NCBI RefSeq assembly: GCF_036365525.1 | Contig: NC_090410.1 | Coordinates: 6,895,873-6,959,872, forward strand | Source: Heterodontus francisci | Taxonomy: Eukaryota | Reading direction: 5' to 3' | Length of the DNA stretch: 64,000 nucleotides | Part shown: positions 11,086 to 24,563 of the stretch, in pieces | How the letters are laid out: every line of letters starts with the position of its first letter | Numbering within the stretch: position 1 is the first letter of the stretch | Position numbers and translations under genes: made by a program | Notes under the pieces: model-generated | What the model was told of the DNA's origin: nothing | Databases searched by the model: none | The model's input: the letters and a program-made list of their open reading frames with translations, nothing else

Positions 11086-11819
11086 AAAAATCTATCAATC
11101 TCAGCTTTAAAATTAACAATTGATCTCGCATCAATTGCCATCTTGCGGAAGAGAGTTCCAAACCTCTACCTAATTTCACTCCTGAAAGGTCTGGCTCTAA
11201 TTTTTAGACAATGCTCCATAGCTCCCAAACAGCAGAAATAGTTTCTCTCTGTCTAACCTATCTGTCCCCTTAATATCTCGAAAACTTCAATAAAATCACC
11301 CCTGAACCTGGTACATTGCAGAAAATACTAGCCTAGTTTGTGTAATCGCCCCTCATAATTTAACGCTTGAAGTCCAGGTATCATTCTGGTAAATCTACAC
11401 TGCACCCCCTCCAAGGCCAATATATCTTTCCAAAGGTGTGGTGTCTAGAACTGAACACAGTACTCCAGGTGCAATCCAACTAGGGCTTTGTATAGCTGTA
11501 GCATGACTTCGACCCCCTTGTATTCTAGTCCTCTATATATAAAAAGATAGCATTCCATTAAACTTTTTGATTAGCTTCTGAACCTGTTCATAAAATTTTA
11601 ATGATCTATGTACCTGGACCCCCAAGTCTCTTTGGACGTCAGTGCAATGAGTATCACATCATTTTAAGAAATTACACTGAGATTTCCATATTTCGAAGTT
11701 TACTAGAACATATTACTGTGATGTGTGATGCAGGCAATCAGTGCATGTCACAGTGCCTGCTGACTTTGAAAGCAGTTTTCAGTTTGTTTGCATGTGCAAA
11801 ATGGAGGTCCGTGTTAACA

Positions 11820-12055
11820 TCCTGAGGGGCTGGATCCATGGAAAACCCCTCGAACTGTATCCAGGAAATATTTGTTTACTGTAAAATGTACATGGCATGC
11901 AACATGAAATGGAAGGGTTGTGTATTGAAGGAAACTGATCTCCTTTGGACTCTTTGTATTGTTTGACTTGGTGCTTTTTGGAACTGTTTTGTAATGTACT
12001 TTTTTTTTTTAAAAAACAGATTCTAATGAATAAAGTGTATTTTGGGAAAATAAAA
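11820..12055 (+). mobile_element. 3' UTR-only copy of the same L1/Tx1-like element
   Basis: Matches 10783-11029; TSD GTCCGTGTTAACA (11807-11819 / 12056-12068). Confidence 0.75.
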
Positions 12056-12351
12056 GTCCGTGTTAACACGCAGACACCAGGAGGGAATTCACATTAGCTA
12101 TGCTACAGCACAAGCAATATGAAAAGTGACATTAATAACATTGAGTGGAATAGATTATCAATCCTGGACTGGGAGCAGTTAGGTTCACACAAGTGTACAA
12201 ATCTTTGCTCACTATGCCTATTCCTGCAAACTGCATTTGCATGCACTTTATTAATGATTGCAGCATGTAATCTTTAATCTCAATCCAAAACAGTACATTT
12301 TTGATACGTTAAAAGCACAAGCTACAAGTCAATATTAGCAGCATTAGTGTA

Positions 12352-12502
12352 ACAGCCCCGACAAACAAATTTCTCTGCAGCACCTGTGGAAGAGTCTGTC
12401 ACTCTAGAATTGGCCTTTATAGCCACTCCAGACGCTGCTTCACAAACCACTGACCACCTCCAGGCGCTTACCCATTGTCTCTCGAGATAAGGAGGCCAAA
12501 GA
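12352..12502 (+). mobile_element. 3'-terminal fragment of the same RTE family
   Basis: Near-identical to the reverse complement of ~31035-31185. Confidence 0.8.
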
Positions 12503-15339
12503 GTGTATGAATGCTTAGTTAGTCATTGTTCCACTCACCCAGAAACTTGTACACAAAAATCTAGCCTGATGCTTCAGGGTCATACTGAGGGAGTGCTGCA
12601 CTGTTGGAGGTGCCATCTTACCAATAAGACATAAGCGGACATAAAAAGATTCCAAGGCATTTCGAAGAGGACATCACTAAAAATGATCACATTGCTGATT
12701 GTGGGAGCCTAGAGTGTGCAATTAGCTACTGCATCTCCTACATTACAACAGTAACTACACTTCAAAAAGTACTTCATTAGCTGTAAAGCAGTTTGGGGTG
12801 TCCTGAAGTCGTAAAAGGCAATATAAATATAAGTCTTTGTATGGGCCTTTACCCATTTATTTGGGTTGCAGTCTGTAAAATTGTTCATTTTTATATTTAA
12901 AACCTAACTGTCCCAGGAAGGGTAGTTCCCAAAAATATAAGAACGTGCACAAACTGAAGTATTTAAAATAAAAAGAAATCCTCTTTGGGGAGCATTCCCC
13001 CTTCACCCGATCACAATAGGAAATAAACTTCTAGCCTGCAGTACTTTTTAAATTTACTTCTGCTAATTCTGCTTAAAGGTTTTCTTTTAAAAGCAACATT
13101 GTGTATACCCCCATCTCAAATTATCACAATCCTGTATCCCGCTGCACTGTCATAACTTTTCTTCTGTCACAAGACTTGTATTGAAGGCGGTTTTTTGATG
13201 GGCAGGGCAAGAGTTACTCTAACATTCGCATAGCTATGATTCAGTCAGTTTGCGAGATGTTCCACATTCCTACTGCCAGTGATAAGTGGTTGCAAGGGGA
13301 TTGATCCTTTGAAAAGGTATCAAAAATTACCACTACTCTTACCCCTTCCCCAAGAGGGCAGACAAACACTATGCTTTCACTGGGCCCATAGATGTTTTAT
13401 TCCCCTCATGAGGAGGTACGTTTGTGATACAGCACGACAGACAACCTGTGCCGCCAACTGAGCGGAGAACTGAAACGTTGAGATGTCAGGTGTCAAAGTT
13501 CCAGTTTATGCACTACAGCACAGAGTCTAATCAACTTCCAGAAGTCTGTAGTCATACTAGTCTTAATAAAACTTTGAAAAAGCTCCCCCTATGCTTCAGG
13601 CCCCACTCTAGTGACTGGAGCACAAGTGTGGCTGGCACTGCCAGTGTAATACTGAAGGAGTGCTGCCCTGTCAGAGGCACCATCTTTTGGATGAAAGGTT
13701 GAACTGAGACCCTCAAAGATCACTCAATAAGGTTAATCATCACGCTGTTTGTGGGATCTTGCTGTGTGCAAATTGGCTGTCACGCTTCCTACATTACAAC
13801 AGCAACTATACTGTAAAAGGACTTCACCAGCTGCAAAGTGCTTAAGGAAATCCTGAGGATATGAAGAGATACTATATAAACACAACTTCTAATCATTTCA
13901 TGAAACACAAGTACCAAACTTTAATTATAGCAGAAACACAAGAATAGAAGGGAGTGTTTAAAAACAGTAGGGTTCTGTACCTGTTCTTGCTGAGGAATGG
14001 ATTCCACAAGCATCAGCCACTCCCCCACAGATGGGCATCACCCAAGTGGTCATCCTGAAGACCTGGGCATATGCATAGGTCACCACGTGATTCTAGTTTC
14101 ACCCAACACCCACATTTGCCAACAGTCCTTGCAGAGTGTGCAGGAGAAACCCCAACTCATTTTCCATAACCCCACCCCTCAAGTCCAGAGCCCACCTTAG
14201 CACAAGATCCTGAACTTAAGTGCTATTGGGTAAGAATTCATGTGTTCGCATGGGAGTCAAACGTTATGGGGACAGACAAGTTGGAATTGAGGCCACATTC
14301 AGATGAGCCATGATCTTATCAAATGGCAGGGCAGATTCAAGGGGCTAAATGGCCTAAGCCTGCTCCTAATTCATATGTTTGCAATTAACTGAACACACTA
14401 GCAAAAATACAAAAGAGGCGAGAGTTTGGTGTAACTTCATTTATTCAGATTTAAAAATTAGATGAGATTATGCATTTATACAATGGTTGCAAGAAGCTAA
14501 ATGTCTAACCCACACGCGCGCACACACTTCCCCGTGCAAGACAGGCTTTGTCCCACCAGATTTCCTGCACGCAGTAAATCTACATTTCCGAGAGCTGGTT
14601 CGCTTAGACCCCAGACCTCTGTGTAATGTGATGCTATGTCGACACTGGCCTGCGACAAGTGCTTCCCTAAATATACCCAAAAGCAAATAAATACTCGCAA
14701 GATTTTCAACAGTATGTGCTGAGCAGCATACAAGAATATTCCGGTTAAAACATGTATACAACTTAATTAATCGCTGGTACAGCATTCCCCCCACAGTGTG
14801 CTCAAAATCCCTCCTTGACACAACTATTAGCTTACTTTCTGGACTAACCAATCCCAGTAGGCACCACAACCAAGGCTGAGCCTGTTCTCAGTCAGCACTT
14901 ATTTTCAGAAAAGGGACTGGAGGACAGCAATCAGCTAACCCACTAGCAAAATGCACGCCGATAAACTGCGCAAAGCAAATATGGCAATCACTGGGCAGTT
15001 TTTCCTCTCTCTCTCTCTAGTTTCAGGTTACATCTTGGGTAATCTTAAATAGCTACAAGTTTTATTACACATTAAGTTAATGCCATGAATTTAACAGGAA
15101 AATTGCATTTTTCTTTTACACAAAGGATAGAGAAAAATGTGGGGTGGGGTAAATCTACAGTTTATAAAAGATCGTTTAAAAAAAAAATACAGCTCATGCC
15201 AGTCTAATCCGCAAGCAAGAATATTTTCTTCCTAAATAAATGCAAAAAATTGTTCAAACACTTCCAATTCTGGAATGTTCCTTCACTTTTGATTTGCAGT
15301 GTATTTTTAAATCAAGAACCATCTTTCTTCAATATTAAT

Positions 15340-15532
15340 ATAAAAACAAGAAATGCTGGAACCACTCAGCAGGTCTGGCAGCATTTGTGAAAAGAGAAGC
15401 AGAGTTAATGTTTCGGGTCAGTGACCCTTCTTTGGAAGGGTCTCTTTTCACAGATGCTGCCAGACCTGCTGAGTGGTTCCAGCATTTCTTGTTTTTATTT
15501 CAGATTTCCAGCATCCGCAGTATTTTGCTTTT
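15340..15532. mobile_element. Penelope-like palindromic element in NAPA 3' UTR
   Basis: 58-bp inverted arms (15340-15397 / 15441-15498); flanking direct repeat ACCATCTTTCTTCA (15318 / 15533). Confidence 0.7.
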
Positions 15533-15620
15533 ACCATCTTTCTTCACCCTGCCCTCCCCCCTTCACTTGTTGGATTTTCATCATTGAGAAATTTTTCTTT
15601 AACATATAAACAGCTGCTCC

Positions 15621-15722
15621 TTAACGCAAGTCACTCTCTTCTCCCTGGATAGACTTCTTGATACGTAGAAGCATTGTAGTCAACCACTGGTCCAACCGAG
15701 AGATGGAATCATACTCCTTCAC
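15621..15722 (-). CDS. NAPA: NAPA last coding exon (10)
   Basis: [33 protein letters not shown]-stop, the alpha-SNAP C-terminus; TAA at 15623-15621. Confidence 0.96.
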   Translation of the reverse strand: MKEYDSISRLDQWLTTMLLRIKKSIQGEESDLR

Positions 15723-15749
15723 CTGCAAAGGGAATAAACAGTCAGCTTG

Positions 15750-16155
15750 AAGGTTTTTCCTCAGTGAATATTGATAAATTCAGAGTCAGAAAGCCATGGG
15801 CTCAAGGTCCCACTTGAGCACAAAAATCTAGACGGACAGTCCCAGCTGCAGTACTGAGGGAGTGCTGTATTGTTGGAGGCACAGGCGTTCGAATGAGATG
15901 TTAAACCCATCTGCCCCCTGAGGTGGCTGCAAAGGATCGCGTGGCATTTTTTCGAAGCACAGCAGGGAAGTTCTCCCCAGTGTCCTGGCCGATATTTATT
16001 CCCCAAATCGACATCACTAAAACAGATTAACCTGCTCATTGCCACACTGCTGTTTGTGGGAGCTTCCTACACTACAAAGTGACCACATATAATAGGCTGT
16101 AGAGCATTTGGGACGTCCTGAGGTTGTGAAAAGGCGCTATAAAAATGCAAGTCTT
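15750..16155 (+). mobile_element. Deu-domain SINE
   Basis: Deu core and L2-like tail. Confidence 0.7.
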
Positions 16156-16829
16156 TCATTCAATATTGCATTCACCTACTGTGCTAACAAGCACATAGTT
16201 GTGGGGCTGGAGGGATTCTTCAGCTGATAAGGTTTGGAAAGACCTGCAGGAAATTGAATAAGCTGCTGTCCTTGAGTGACCTAAACTCATGCTCAGTATA
16301 TTTGAGGACACCACCCACGCCGGACAATGCAGAAGGATAACCTTCCAGTTTCCAACACTGTTATACAAGATACTTTGTTAGATAACAGTTATGTCAAATG
16401 TGTACACCTGAGGCTGCTGTCGTTTTTGATTAATGTTAACAGCCTGAATGTCTTGAGGCAGCTGGTTCTGAGCTTAGTTCCACGTGTATCAATGGTCAGA
16501 ATCAATGGTTAAAATCTGCTTTAACTTTTTTTTTCAGTTGGAACGTGATCAGTTACTAGGCAATACCATGTCTCGCACTTTGTTCGAGCTCTGTAGATCA
16601 GAATTGGATATCACCTAAAGTTTAAATTTAAATTTTGGCACAGGCTCCAATAGAAGAGATTACAATCTCACTGAAAAGATGTTAAATATTAGATGCATCC
16701 TTGGCTTTGTATGGGAAGGAAGATAGCATCTTGCACTTCAGACCTCACAAAGAAATGCATATTATTTTTGCACTGCAGTCAAGACAAACTCTACTTTCCA
16801 AATAGCGCCAATGGAAACGTTTACATCCA

Positions 16830-17986
16830 GAGAGAAAAGGCAAGGCGAGTGTGACTGCACCGGACATCAAGGCAACATTTGACAGATTGCGGCATCAAGG
16901 AGCCCTAGCAAAACTGGAGTCAATGGGAATCGGGGAAAACTCTCCGCTGGGTGGAGTCATACCTAGCGTAAAGGAAGGTGGTTGTGGTTGATGGAGGTCA
17001 ATCATCTCAGCAGGAGTTCCTCAGGGTAGTGTCCTAGGCCCAACCATTTTCAGCTGCTTCATTAGTGACCTTCCTTTAATCATGAGGTCAGAAGTGGGGA
17101 TGTTCTCTGATATTGTACAATGTTCAGCACCATTCGCGACTCCTCAGATACTGAAGCAGTCCGTGTAGAAATGCAGCAAGACCTGGACAACATCCAGGCT
17201 TGGGCTGATAAGTGGCAAGTAACATTGGCACCACACAAGTGCCAGGCAATGACCATCTCCAACAAGAGAGAATCTAACCATCTCCCCTTGATATTCAATG
17301 CCATTACCATCGCTGAATCCGCCACTATCAACATCCTGGGGGTTACCATTGACCAGAAGCTGAACTGGAGTAGCCATATAAATACTGTGGCTGCAAGAGC
17401 AGATCAGCAGCTAGGAATCCTGCAGCAAGTAACTCACCTTCTGACTCCCCAAAGCCTGCCCACCATCTACAAAGCACAAGTCAGGAGTGTGATGGAATAC
17501 TCTCCACTTGCCTGGATGGGTGCAGCTCCAACAACACTCAAGAAGCTCGACACCATCCAGGACAAAGCAGCCCGCTTGATTGGCACCCCATTCACAAACA
17601 TTCACTCTTGTCACCGAAGAACAGTGGCAGCAGTGTGTACCATCTACAAGATGCACTGCAGCAAGGCACCAAGGCTCCTTAAACAGCACCTTCCAAACCC
17701 ACGACCTCTACCAACTAGAAGGACAAGAGCAGCAGATGCATGGGAACATCACCACCTGCAAGTTCCCCTCCAAGTCACACACCATCCTGACTTGGAACTA
17801 TAATCGCCGTTCCTTCACTGTCGCTGGGTCAAAATCCTGGAACTCCCTTCCTAACAGCACTGTGGGTGATCTACCCCACATGGACTACAGCGATTCAAGG
17901 CAGCACCTTCTCAAGGGCAATTACGGATGGGCAATAAATGCTGGCCTTGCCAGCGAAGCTCACATCCCATGAATTAATTTAAAAAA
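16830..17986 (+). mobile_element. 3' part of the same LINE family (RT, 5'-truncated)
   Basis: GVPQGSVLGP motif (~17013), ORF 17120-17803 closely similar to 4990-5580, and the same 3' tail. Confidence 0.85.
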
Positions 17987-19300
17987 TCCTAGATCCCATG
18001 ACACTATTTGAAGTGCATGGAGCTCAGCAGGTACACATTCTGTTTCAACATCCCTGACAACTTCCTCTATACTGAAGCATCAACGTATATGATGTGGGAC
18101 TCGAACCCACAACATTCAGACTCGAGTGCCATCGCTGAACCAAGCCTACACTTAGTGGATTCATTTCACACTATTTAAACACTATTCTGAATCTGAGCCT
18201 TGACAACAAATGCTGGCTATTCCTTCAAGGTAGGCATCATAAGTGAGCCCAATCAGTCCCCACCTAATAGATACAGGTCTACTGGGTAGTCACTAGCTAG
18301 CAATCAGGAGCAGGGCCGCTGGCTGACTTTATCAACTCCCGAGTTCAGAAATGCTGGGGCCAATTAGAACATCCTTGAAACATTATCTGTGGAGAGTTCA
18401 GAGAGATCAGCTATCGCAGCACAGAGCAAAGGTCAAATCTAGGACCTAAGCTATTGCCTTAAACTGGGGAGTTTCACTTCCATTTTAGCAGTAGACATTT
18501 CCTGGCCAGTGCAAACTGTCAGAGCTGCAATGCACAGCAGATTGGAAAACTTGCATTTACATAGCGCCTTTAACGTAAACATTCCAAGGTGTTCCATGAG
18601 GGCGTTAACAAAACGTGACACACAGCCACATAAGGAGATATTAGGACAGGTGACCAAAAGCTTGGTAGGAGACAATGTTGAAGCGATGAAAATCAGGGAT
18701 GGTCAAGAATCTAGAATTAGAGGAGAGCAGGTATCTTGGAGGGCTGCAGGAGGTTACAGCAACAGGGAGAGCGGAGACCATGGAAAGATTTGAAAATGAG
18801 GGGGAGAACTTTAAAATTCGAGGCATTGCTGGACTGGGAGCCAACACAGGTCAGCAAGCCCAGGGGAGTGATGGGTGAACAGGACTTGGTGCGAGTTAGG
18901 ATACTGATGTGTTGAGAGACTCTTCAATCTTAATTGTACAACTTGCGAATAGGATCAGAGAGCAGGGTTTGGCCTGGAATGGAAGTCTGTCATTCTACTG
19001 CATTACAGCAGCTATAGAGCAACCCAGACTTGTCAGGAAGGCAGTCAGCCGGACTGGGAGATTATGGTGCTTAGGGATGATGATTAAACATTTTTTTCTT
19101 CCTCAAACAAAAAAAAATGAACTGAACAAGTACAGGGAAAAATAAAATACTCCATCTCAGTATGACTGGAGCCTCATTTTATTCAAGCAGCAGGCACAAT
19201 CTTTCACCAAAATCAAAACTGCACATGCATTAACCAATGTTGCACTTGCTGTTAAGTTACTATTAAATTTGGACGCTTGCTCAAAATCTCTAACACTTAC

Positions 19301-19420
19301 TGCATCAGTGTAACCATCAACATTCTGCTCTTCAAAAGCATCCAGAAGCTTCTTGACCAGTTTGCACTCCCTGGAATCCGAGAAGGCCGGGAACATTTCC
19401 TCGTATTTAGTCACTGCCAA
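19301..19420 (-). CDS. NAPA: NAPA coding exon 9 (120 nt)
   Basis: [40 protein letters not shown]; cag acceptor, GTAAGT donor. Confidence 0.95.
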
Positions 19421-20077
19421 CTGCGGAATGATTAAAATGCAGAGTGAGACTGTTGGATGAAGGTTATTCTGATTTACAACAAAAAAAAAACATCTAGAAT
19501 GTAGCAGCAAACAGATTTTTAAAAAAAACAGAAGAGGTGAGAGTGGGTATTCCATAGATCCACCAGTCCACAACCTGGGCTTTTCCCAGCTTCACATCTT
19601 GCCAAGCAGAAAATGAATCTGATCAACAAAATCTGCCCCGTTGTTGAGCTCGCACATGGACTGTACCTCCTCAGTCTCAAAAGACTTGGACGGTGCATGT
19701 TGATACGAGACATCGCCTGGGATTTCCACAGGAAATTCTCAATCTCTAGCCGTTAACTGCAGTTTATGCCATTTTCCCCCAAGTTTTCAACTAATCTGCC
19801 AAATGAATAGCTGGAGATCATGAGTACCAGCCCCATGCTTTTTGAAAACCACACTGCTCTAAAATCCTCTCCTTGCCCAAGAGTAAGCAGCACAGGATAT
19901 ATAAAAACTCTCACACGGTCTTAGTCTCCAACCTCACTCCAATCACACAAGGGCCGCATTTGCCACTCACCACCTTTAAATCACCTCCAAAAACATTCCC
20001 TTTAAGTCACATCATTTCTAAATCACCTAGAGGCAAAATATCATCCCCCATTGACTTGTTTTCTGGCGCCAACCTAC

Positions 20078-20182
20078 CTTAGCGTTTAACATGTCGACAC
20101 AGAAGTGGCAGAGAGCAGCTTTGAAGAAGTATTCTTTAGCACTGTACTTCAGTAGCGGGCTATCCATGGCTGTAGTGCCTAC
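20078..20182 (-). CDS. NAPA: NAPA coding exon 8
   Basis: [35 protein letters not shown]; 105 nt, AG/GT. Confidence 0.96.
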
Positions 20183-21782
20183 CTGTGGTGTACAAGAGCA
20201 TAAATTCACTGCAAAAATCAAGTGTCAAATATGATAAATGGAGAAAAATAAAGGGGCAGGGTGGAAAGGAAAATAGTGAGAAGGAGACAAACTTTTCCCA
20301 TATCAATAAAAACTGAATGCAACAGGTTTAAGGTGATGGGCAGAATATTGGCTCTTCAACCAGAGTGGTGAGAATGTAGAATTCACTACCACAAGGAATA
20401 GATGAAGTAAATAGTATAGATGCATTTAGGGGAAGCTAGATAAACACGAGGGAGAAAAGGATACTTTAATGGGGTGAAATGAAGGAGGGCAAAAAGAGGT
20501 TCATAGGGAGCATAAATACTGGCATGAGCTTCTTGGTCGAATTGTCTGTTTCTGTGCTGCAAATACCATGTGGTTACGTTACAGGTCACTGACGTCCAGA
20601 GATATCAGCAAACTGGGGACTACGCAGCCCTGACAGGATTAGCAGTGCCATGGGAAGAAAAACAGCCCCAGCCACACACTCTCCCCCCACCCCCCACCAA
20701 CTTCCACCAGACCCCATCCCACTGTGCAATGTTTAAAAGCCTTTACTTCACTCTCACTGACATTGGAGTCAAGTGCATGCCAGCACATTCAAAAAGCATA
20801 TTGGACAAAGGCTGGCTGACTCAAATTAAAATCACAAATACATTGGAAACTAGAAGACAGATTTTAAAAAAAAAAGGCAACAATGCTATAACTGCCCAGT
20901 TCTGCAACTTGCAGTGCAGAACGTTACAGAGTCAGAGCCTGAAACCTGATGGATTTTTAGGTATTTGGTCCTTCCCCACACCAGTTTCTCTAACTCATGT
21001 TTGTCTGCCATTCCCCAAGGTGCTTGCAGTTCTCTGGCAGCTCAACCAAGCATCCAGTGCAAGCCTCAACAGTGAGTGCTGCCCTTACCCATCAGTCACA
21101 CAGATAGTCTTCCCAGCAAGGAAGATTAGGAATAGGAATCTTGGCTGATTTCTAACCACTCCCACTTGCTGAGGCTAACAGGGGCTAAAAGGGTTAAAGG
21201 ACAGGTTGCATAGAGTAGTCATGTATTCCCTCCAGTATAGAAGATGAAGGAATGAACTAACTGAGGTGTTTAAGAACTGACAGGGTAGAGATGGAGACAA
21301 ACTATTTCCTTTGGTGGGGGGAACAAGGGGGCATAAAGTTACAGCAAAACATTCAGGGGTGATGTCAGGAAGCACTTAGTCACACAAAGGCTAGTGAAAA
21401 TCTGCAACTCTCCCCCCTAAAAAGATGTTGAAGCTAGGCGGGGAGTGAGGGGACAGGGGGGTGGCAAGGAAAAATCTCAAACCAGAGACTGATAGATCTT
21501 TATTAAGTAAGGGGGATTAAGGGATGGGTAAATGGAATTAAGATACAGACCAGCCATGATCTAATTGAATAGGGGAACAGGGTCAAGGCTACTCTTGTTC
21601 CTACCAGGAGCATCTCAACCTCTGCCTCAATATCAGCTAACAGGGGAATCCAACTTGCAGCTCTATAGGATGCCATGCAAAGCATTTACCCAACTAATCA
21701 GGGGAGCTCAGACTGAAATAAAAATTGGATGGCGCTGCTTTCCCAGATTAAGCTGGTGGGAGACAAACGTTCACTCACTCAC

Positions 21783-21867
21783 CTGTTCATATATTTCTAC
21801 GGCTTTGGGATATTGTTCCAGCTGTGCAGCATACGTAGCAACTTTCAGCAAGCACTTATTCGCAGAA
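21783..21867 (-). CDS. NAPA: NAPA coding exon 7
   Basis: [28 protein letters not shown]; 85 nt, AG/GT. Confidence 0.96.
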
Positions 21868-22237
21868 CTGCAGAGCACAAAACATAATCAGGCTAGATAT
21901 ATACACAACTATTCCACATGACTTCTGTATCAATATGAGGATAGCAAGAGCCAAATTATAGACTGTTAAAAACTCATGCATGCACGCATTGTTATAATTT
22001 TTGGTCACTCTCTTTAGGTCAACGTTGAACACTGAAAACATCTGATGTACAAATTCCTACCCCAGTAAGGGGAGTGGGGAAGGAGATATCAACATCAAAC
22101 AAGACTTTTCACAACTCTGTCCTATTAGCAAGATGCTTCATTATTATAAATGTGGCAACTGGACACGACCTGGATAACGCTGGTGAAAGAGAGCACGGTA
22201 ATACCGAAAACTCAGTAGTATTAAAAGCATTGCTAAC

Positions 22238-22293
22238 CTGTTGGACTCTTCACCTTTGTAGTAATCGGCTGCCTGCTCATAATGAGCAATTGC
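22238..22293 (-). CDS. NAPA: NAPA coding exon 6
   Basis: AIAHYEQAADYYKGEESN; 56 nt, AG/GT. Confidence 0.96.
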
Positions 22294-23365
22294 CTGAAAA
22301 GGAAAAATAGTCAAGCTGTAACGAAGTTTCAGTGAAAAGCAGAGTATTTGCCAAGTGAGAATAAATATGAACCTTTGAAAGTCACGAGGGAGGAGTCTCA
22401 TTTCACAGGCAGAACTAGGACAGTATAAAATTCTGCCATTAAACAACTCATTTTTGAAACTAATTTAGCAGTAGCACAGCCCATTTCTTATTTTTCAATG
22501 ATATGGAGGCTAAATATAAAACAAACAAATCAGATTTTGGGCGAGGGCAGGAATGGACTTTTCTACAAAGCCCACTGAAACTCATCTTCAATTCCACATG
22601 GGTGATGTAGTGGTGAGTAATTAGTTTTTAAACCCCTTCAAGTCCATAACCTCACCAGCCACCCCCTCCCCACTCATCCGTACAACCTCCTCCAGCCCTA
22701 GAACCCTCCAAGATATCGGCGCTCCTCCAATTCTGGCCTCTTGAGCATCTCCAATTTTTTTTTTTTTTAATAAATCGCTCCACCATTGGCAGCTGTGCCT
22801 TCAGCTCTAAGCTCTGGAATTCCCTCCCTCAACTTCTCCATCTTTAAGATGCTCTTTAAAACTTAAGTAGTTGACTGAGTATTTGGTCACCTGTCTTGAC
22901 ATCTCCCTCTGTGGCTCAGTGTCAAATTTTATTGGATAACACTCCTGTGGAGAAAAGCGCCTTGGGATATTTTACCTACATTAAAGGCGCTATATAAATG
23001 CAAGCTGTTGTGATGAGCACCTGTGGAAGCATATCCCAGAGTCAAATCCTCCAGGACTTGAGAATAATTCTCTGTTTCCACGAAAAGCACCTCAATATTT
23101 TTCATACATTATAGCTCCCAGATAGCAGAGAACTACTACAGATCAGGTATTGACAAAGGGACCTTCCTGATCTGTAAGTCTTAACAACTAGAACTTTGCC
23201 CCCACAAGCTGTAAAAACAACAAAAAAAAACACAAGGAATGAGACAGAGATAACTTCTAGTTTTACATGGCAACTCAGTTTAACATTTAAAGAGCCAGCA
23301 CAAATATTCAATAGAATATTCAGCCCAAATTCAACAGGAGACCTCACGACAGCTCAGATACCTAC

Positions 23366-23443
23366 TTTCTCAATGTCCACCATCTCACTCTCGTAAATCT
23401 CGGCTATTGATATGTGATGCTTTGCTGCGATTGTAAACCGGCC
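23366..23443 (-). CDS. NAPA: NAPA coding exon 5
   Basis: [26 protein letters not shown]; 78 nt, AG/GT. Confidence 0.96.
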
Positions 23444-24443
23444 CTGAATACAAATACAAATTTGCGTCACAAACTTGCACTTAAGAAAACGGATCATACT
23501 AACAAAGGATGAGATGCAAAAGTCGGCCGTGGAACAGCAGCAGGAACATAACCAAGCAAAAACATTTTGAACATCACACCACATTCTTGCTGAACCTGCT
23601 TGTGTAACTAAAAGCTGCTTTAATATGATGCGAAACCAGCATGAATAGTCCTGGTTGCCACCGCAAAGTAAAGGCAACAGGAATTACTCATTTTGACAGA
23701 CAAAGACGTAGAAAAACATGCCTTCATATCAAATCCTAGTGAATCTCAGGAGGAGTTCTTTTGGATTGCAGCAAGACCTGTCTGTCGGACAGTTCTCAAT
23801 GGAGTAGCTAAAAATCAACTAATCTTAAAGCAAATGGCTTGTACCAGCTACCCCACAAATAAGTACATTCCACATCATACATTCACAGTCAGGGTATAGT
23901 ATAGTGCTTTGTTGCATCAGTGCGTAATCCCATCCAACAAACAGCAAGGTCCCACAACCAGAAAATGACCAGTTGATCTGTTGCTGACTAAAGGAGGAAC
24001 GTTGGCCAGGACATTGCACAATTCAATGGGGATCCTTTCTATCTCCCCTGAACATAGAAACAAACATTTATATAAATAAATAAAACATGCAGACCAGGCC
24101 TTGGTTATAACATTTCACCCAAATGACCTCAAACAAAACATACGAACTAGGAGCAGGAGTAGGCTATTCGACCCCTCGAGCCTGCTCCGCCATTCTACAA
24201 GACCATGGCTGATCTGTTTGTGGACACAACTCCACTTTCCTGCCGATCTCAGATACCCTTTGACTCCCTTGTTTGTCAAGAATATTAATAATTTACAATG
24301 CAGAACTCATTCAATAAATGTACTGGAGGCTCAGCCTAGCTTGTGGCCAAGTCTCTGGAGTGGGGCTTGAACCCTCAACCTTTTCATCGGAAGGCAATGC
24401 AGATGACTTAACACATTCCAAATATTTGAAATCAGTGTCTTAC

Positions 24444-24490
24444 CATATCTGTGTAAATCTCTATAGCCCTGTTCAAACAATTAATGGCCT
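24444..24490 (-). CDS. NAPA: NAPA coding exon 4
   Basis: (E)AINCLNRAIEIYTDM; 47 nt, AG/GT. Read directly from the sequence; not in the ORF track. Confidence 0.95.
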
Positions 24491-24563
24491 CTGGAAAAAA
24501 AAAAGAACCCGAACATTAACATTTAAAACATTTTAGGTTCAGTCAAATTTAAAATTATTACAG

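Larger units (their letters stand above)
9908..11640 (-). mobile_element. CR1 3' fragment hosting the nested SINE + L1/Tx1 insertion
   Basis: CR1-tail sequence at 9908-10028 resumes at ~11086 after the SINE. Confidence 0.65.

Noticed and set aside
20570-21148. 192-aa plus-strand ORF antisense to NAPA intron 7
   Set aside because: Non-ATG start, partly repeat-derived, and no recognisable domain.
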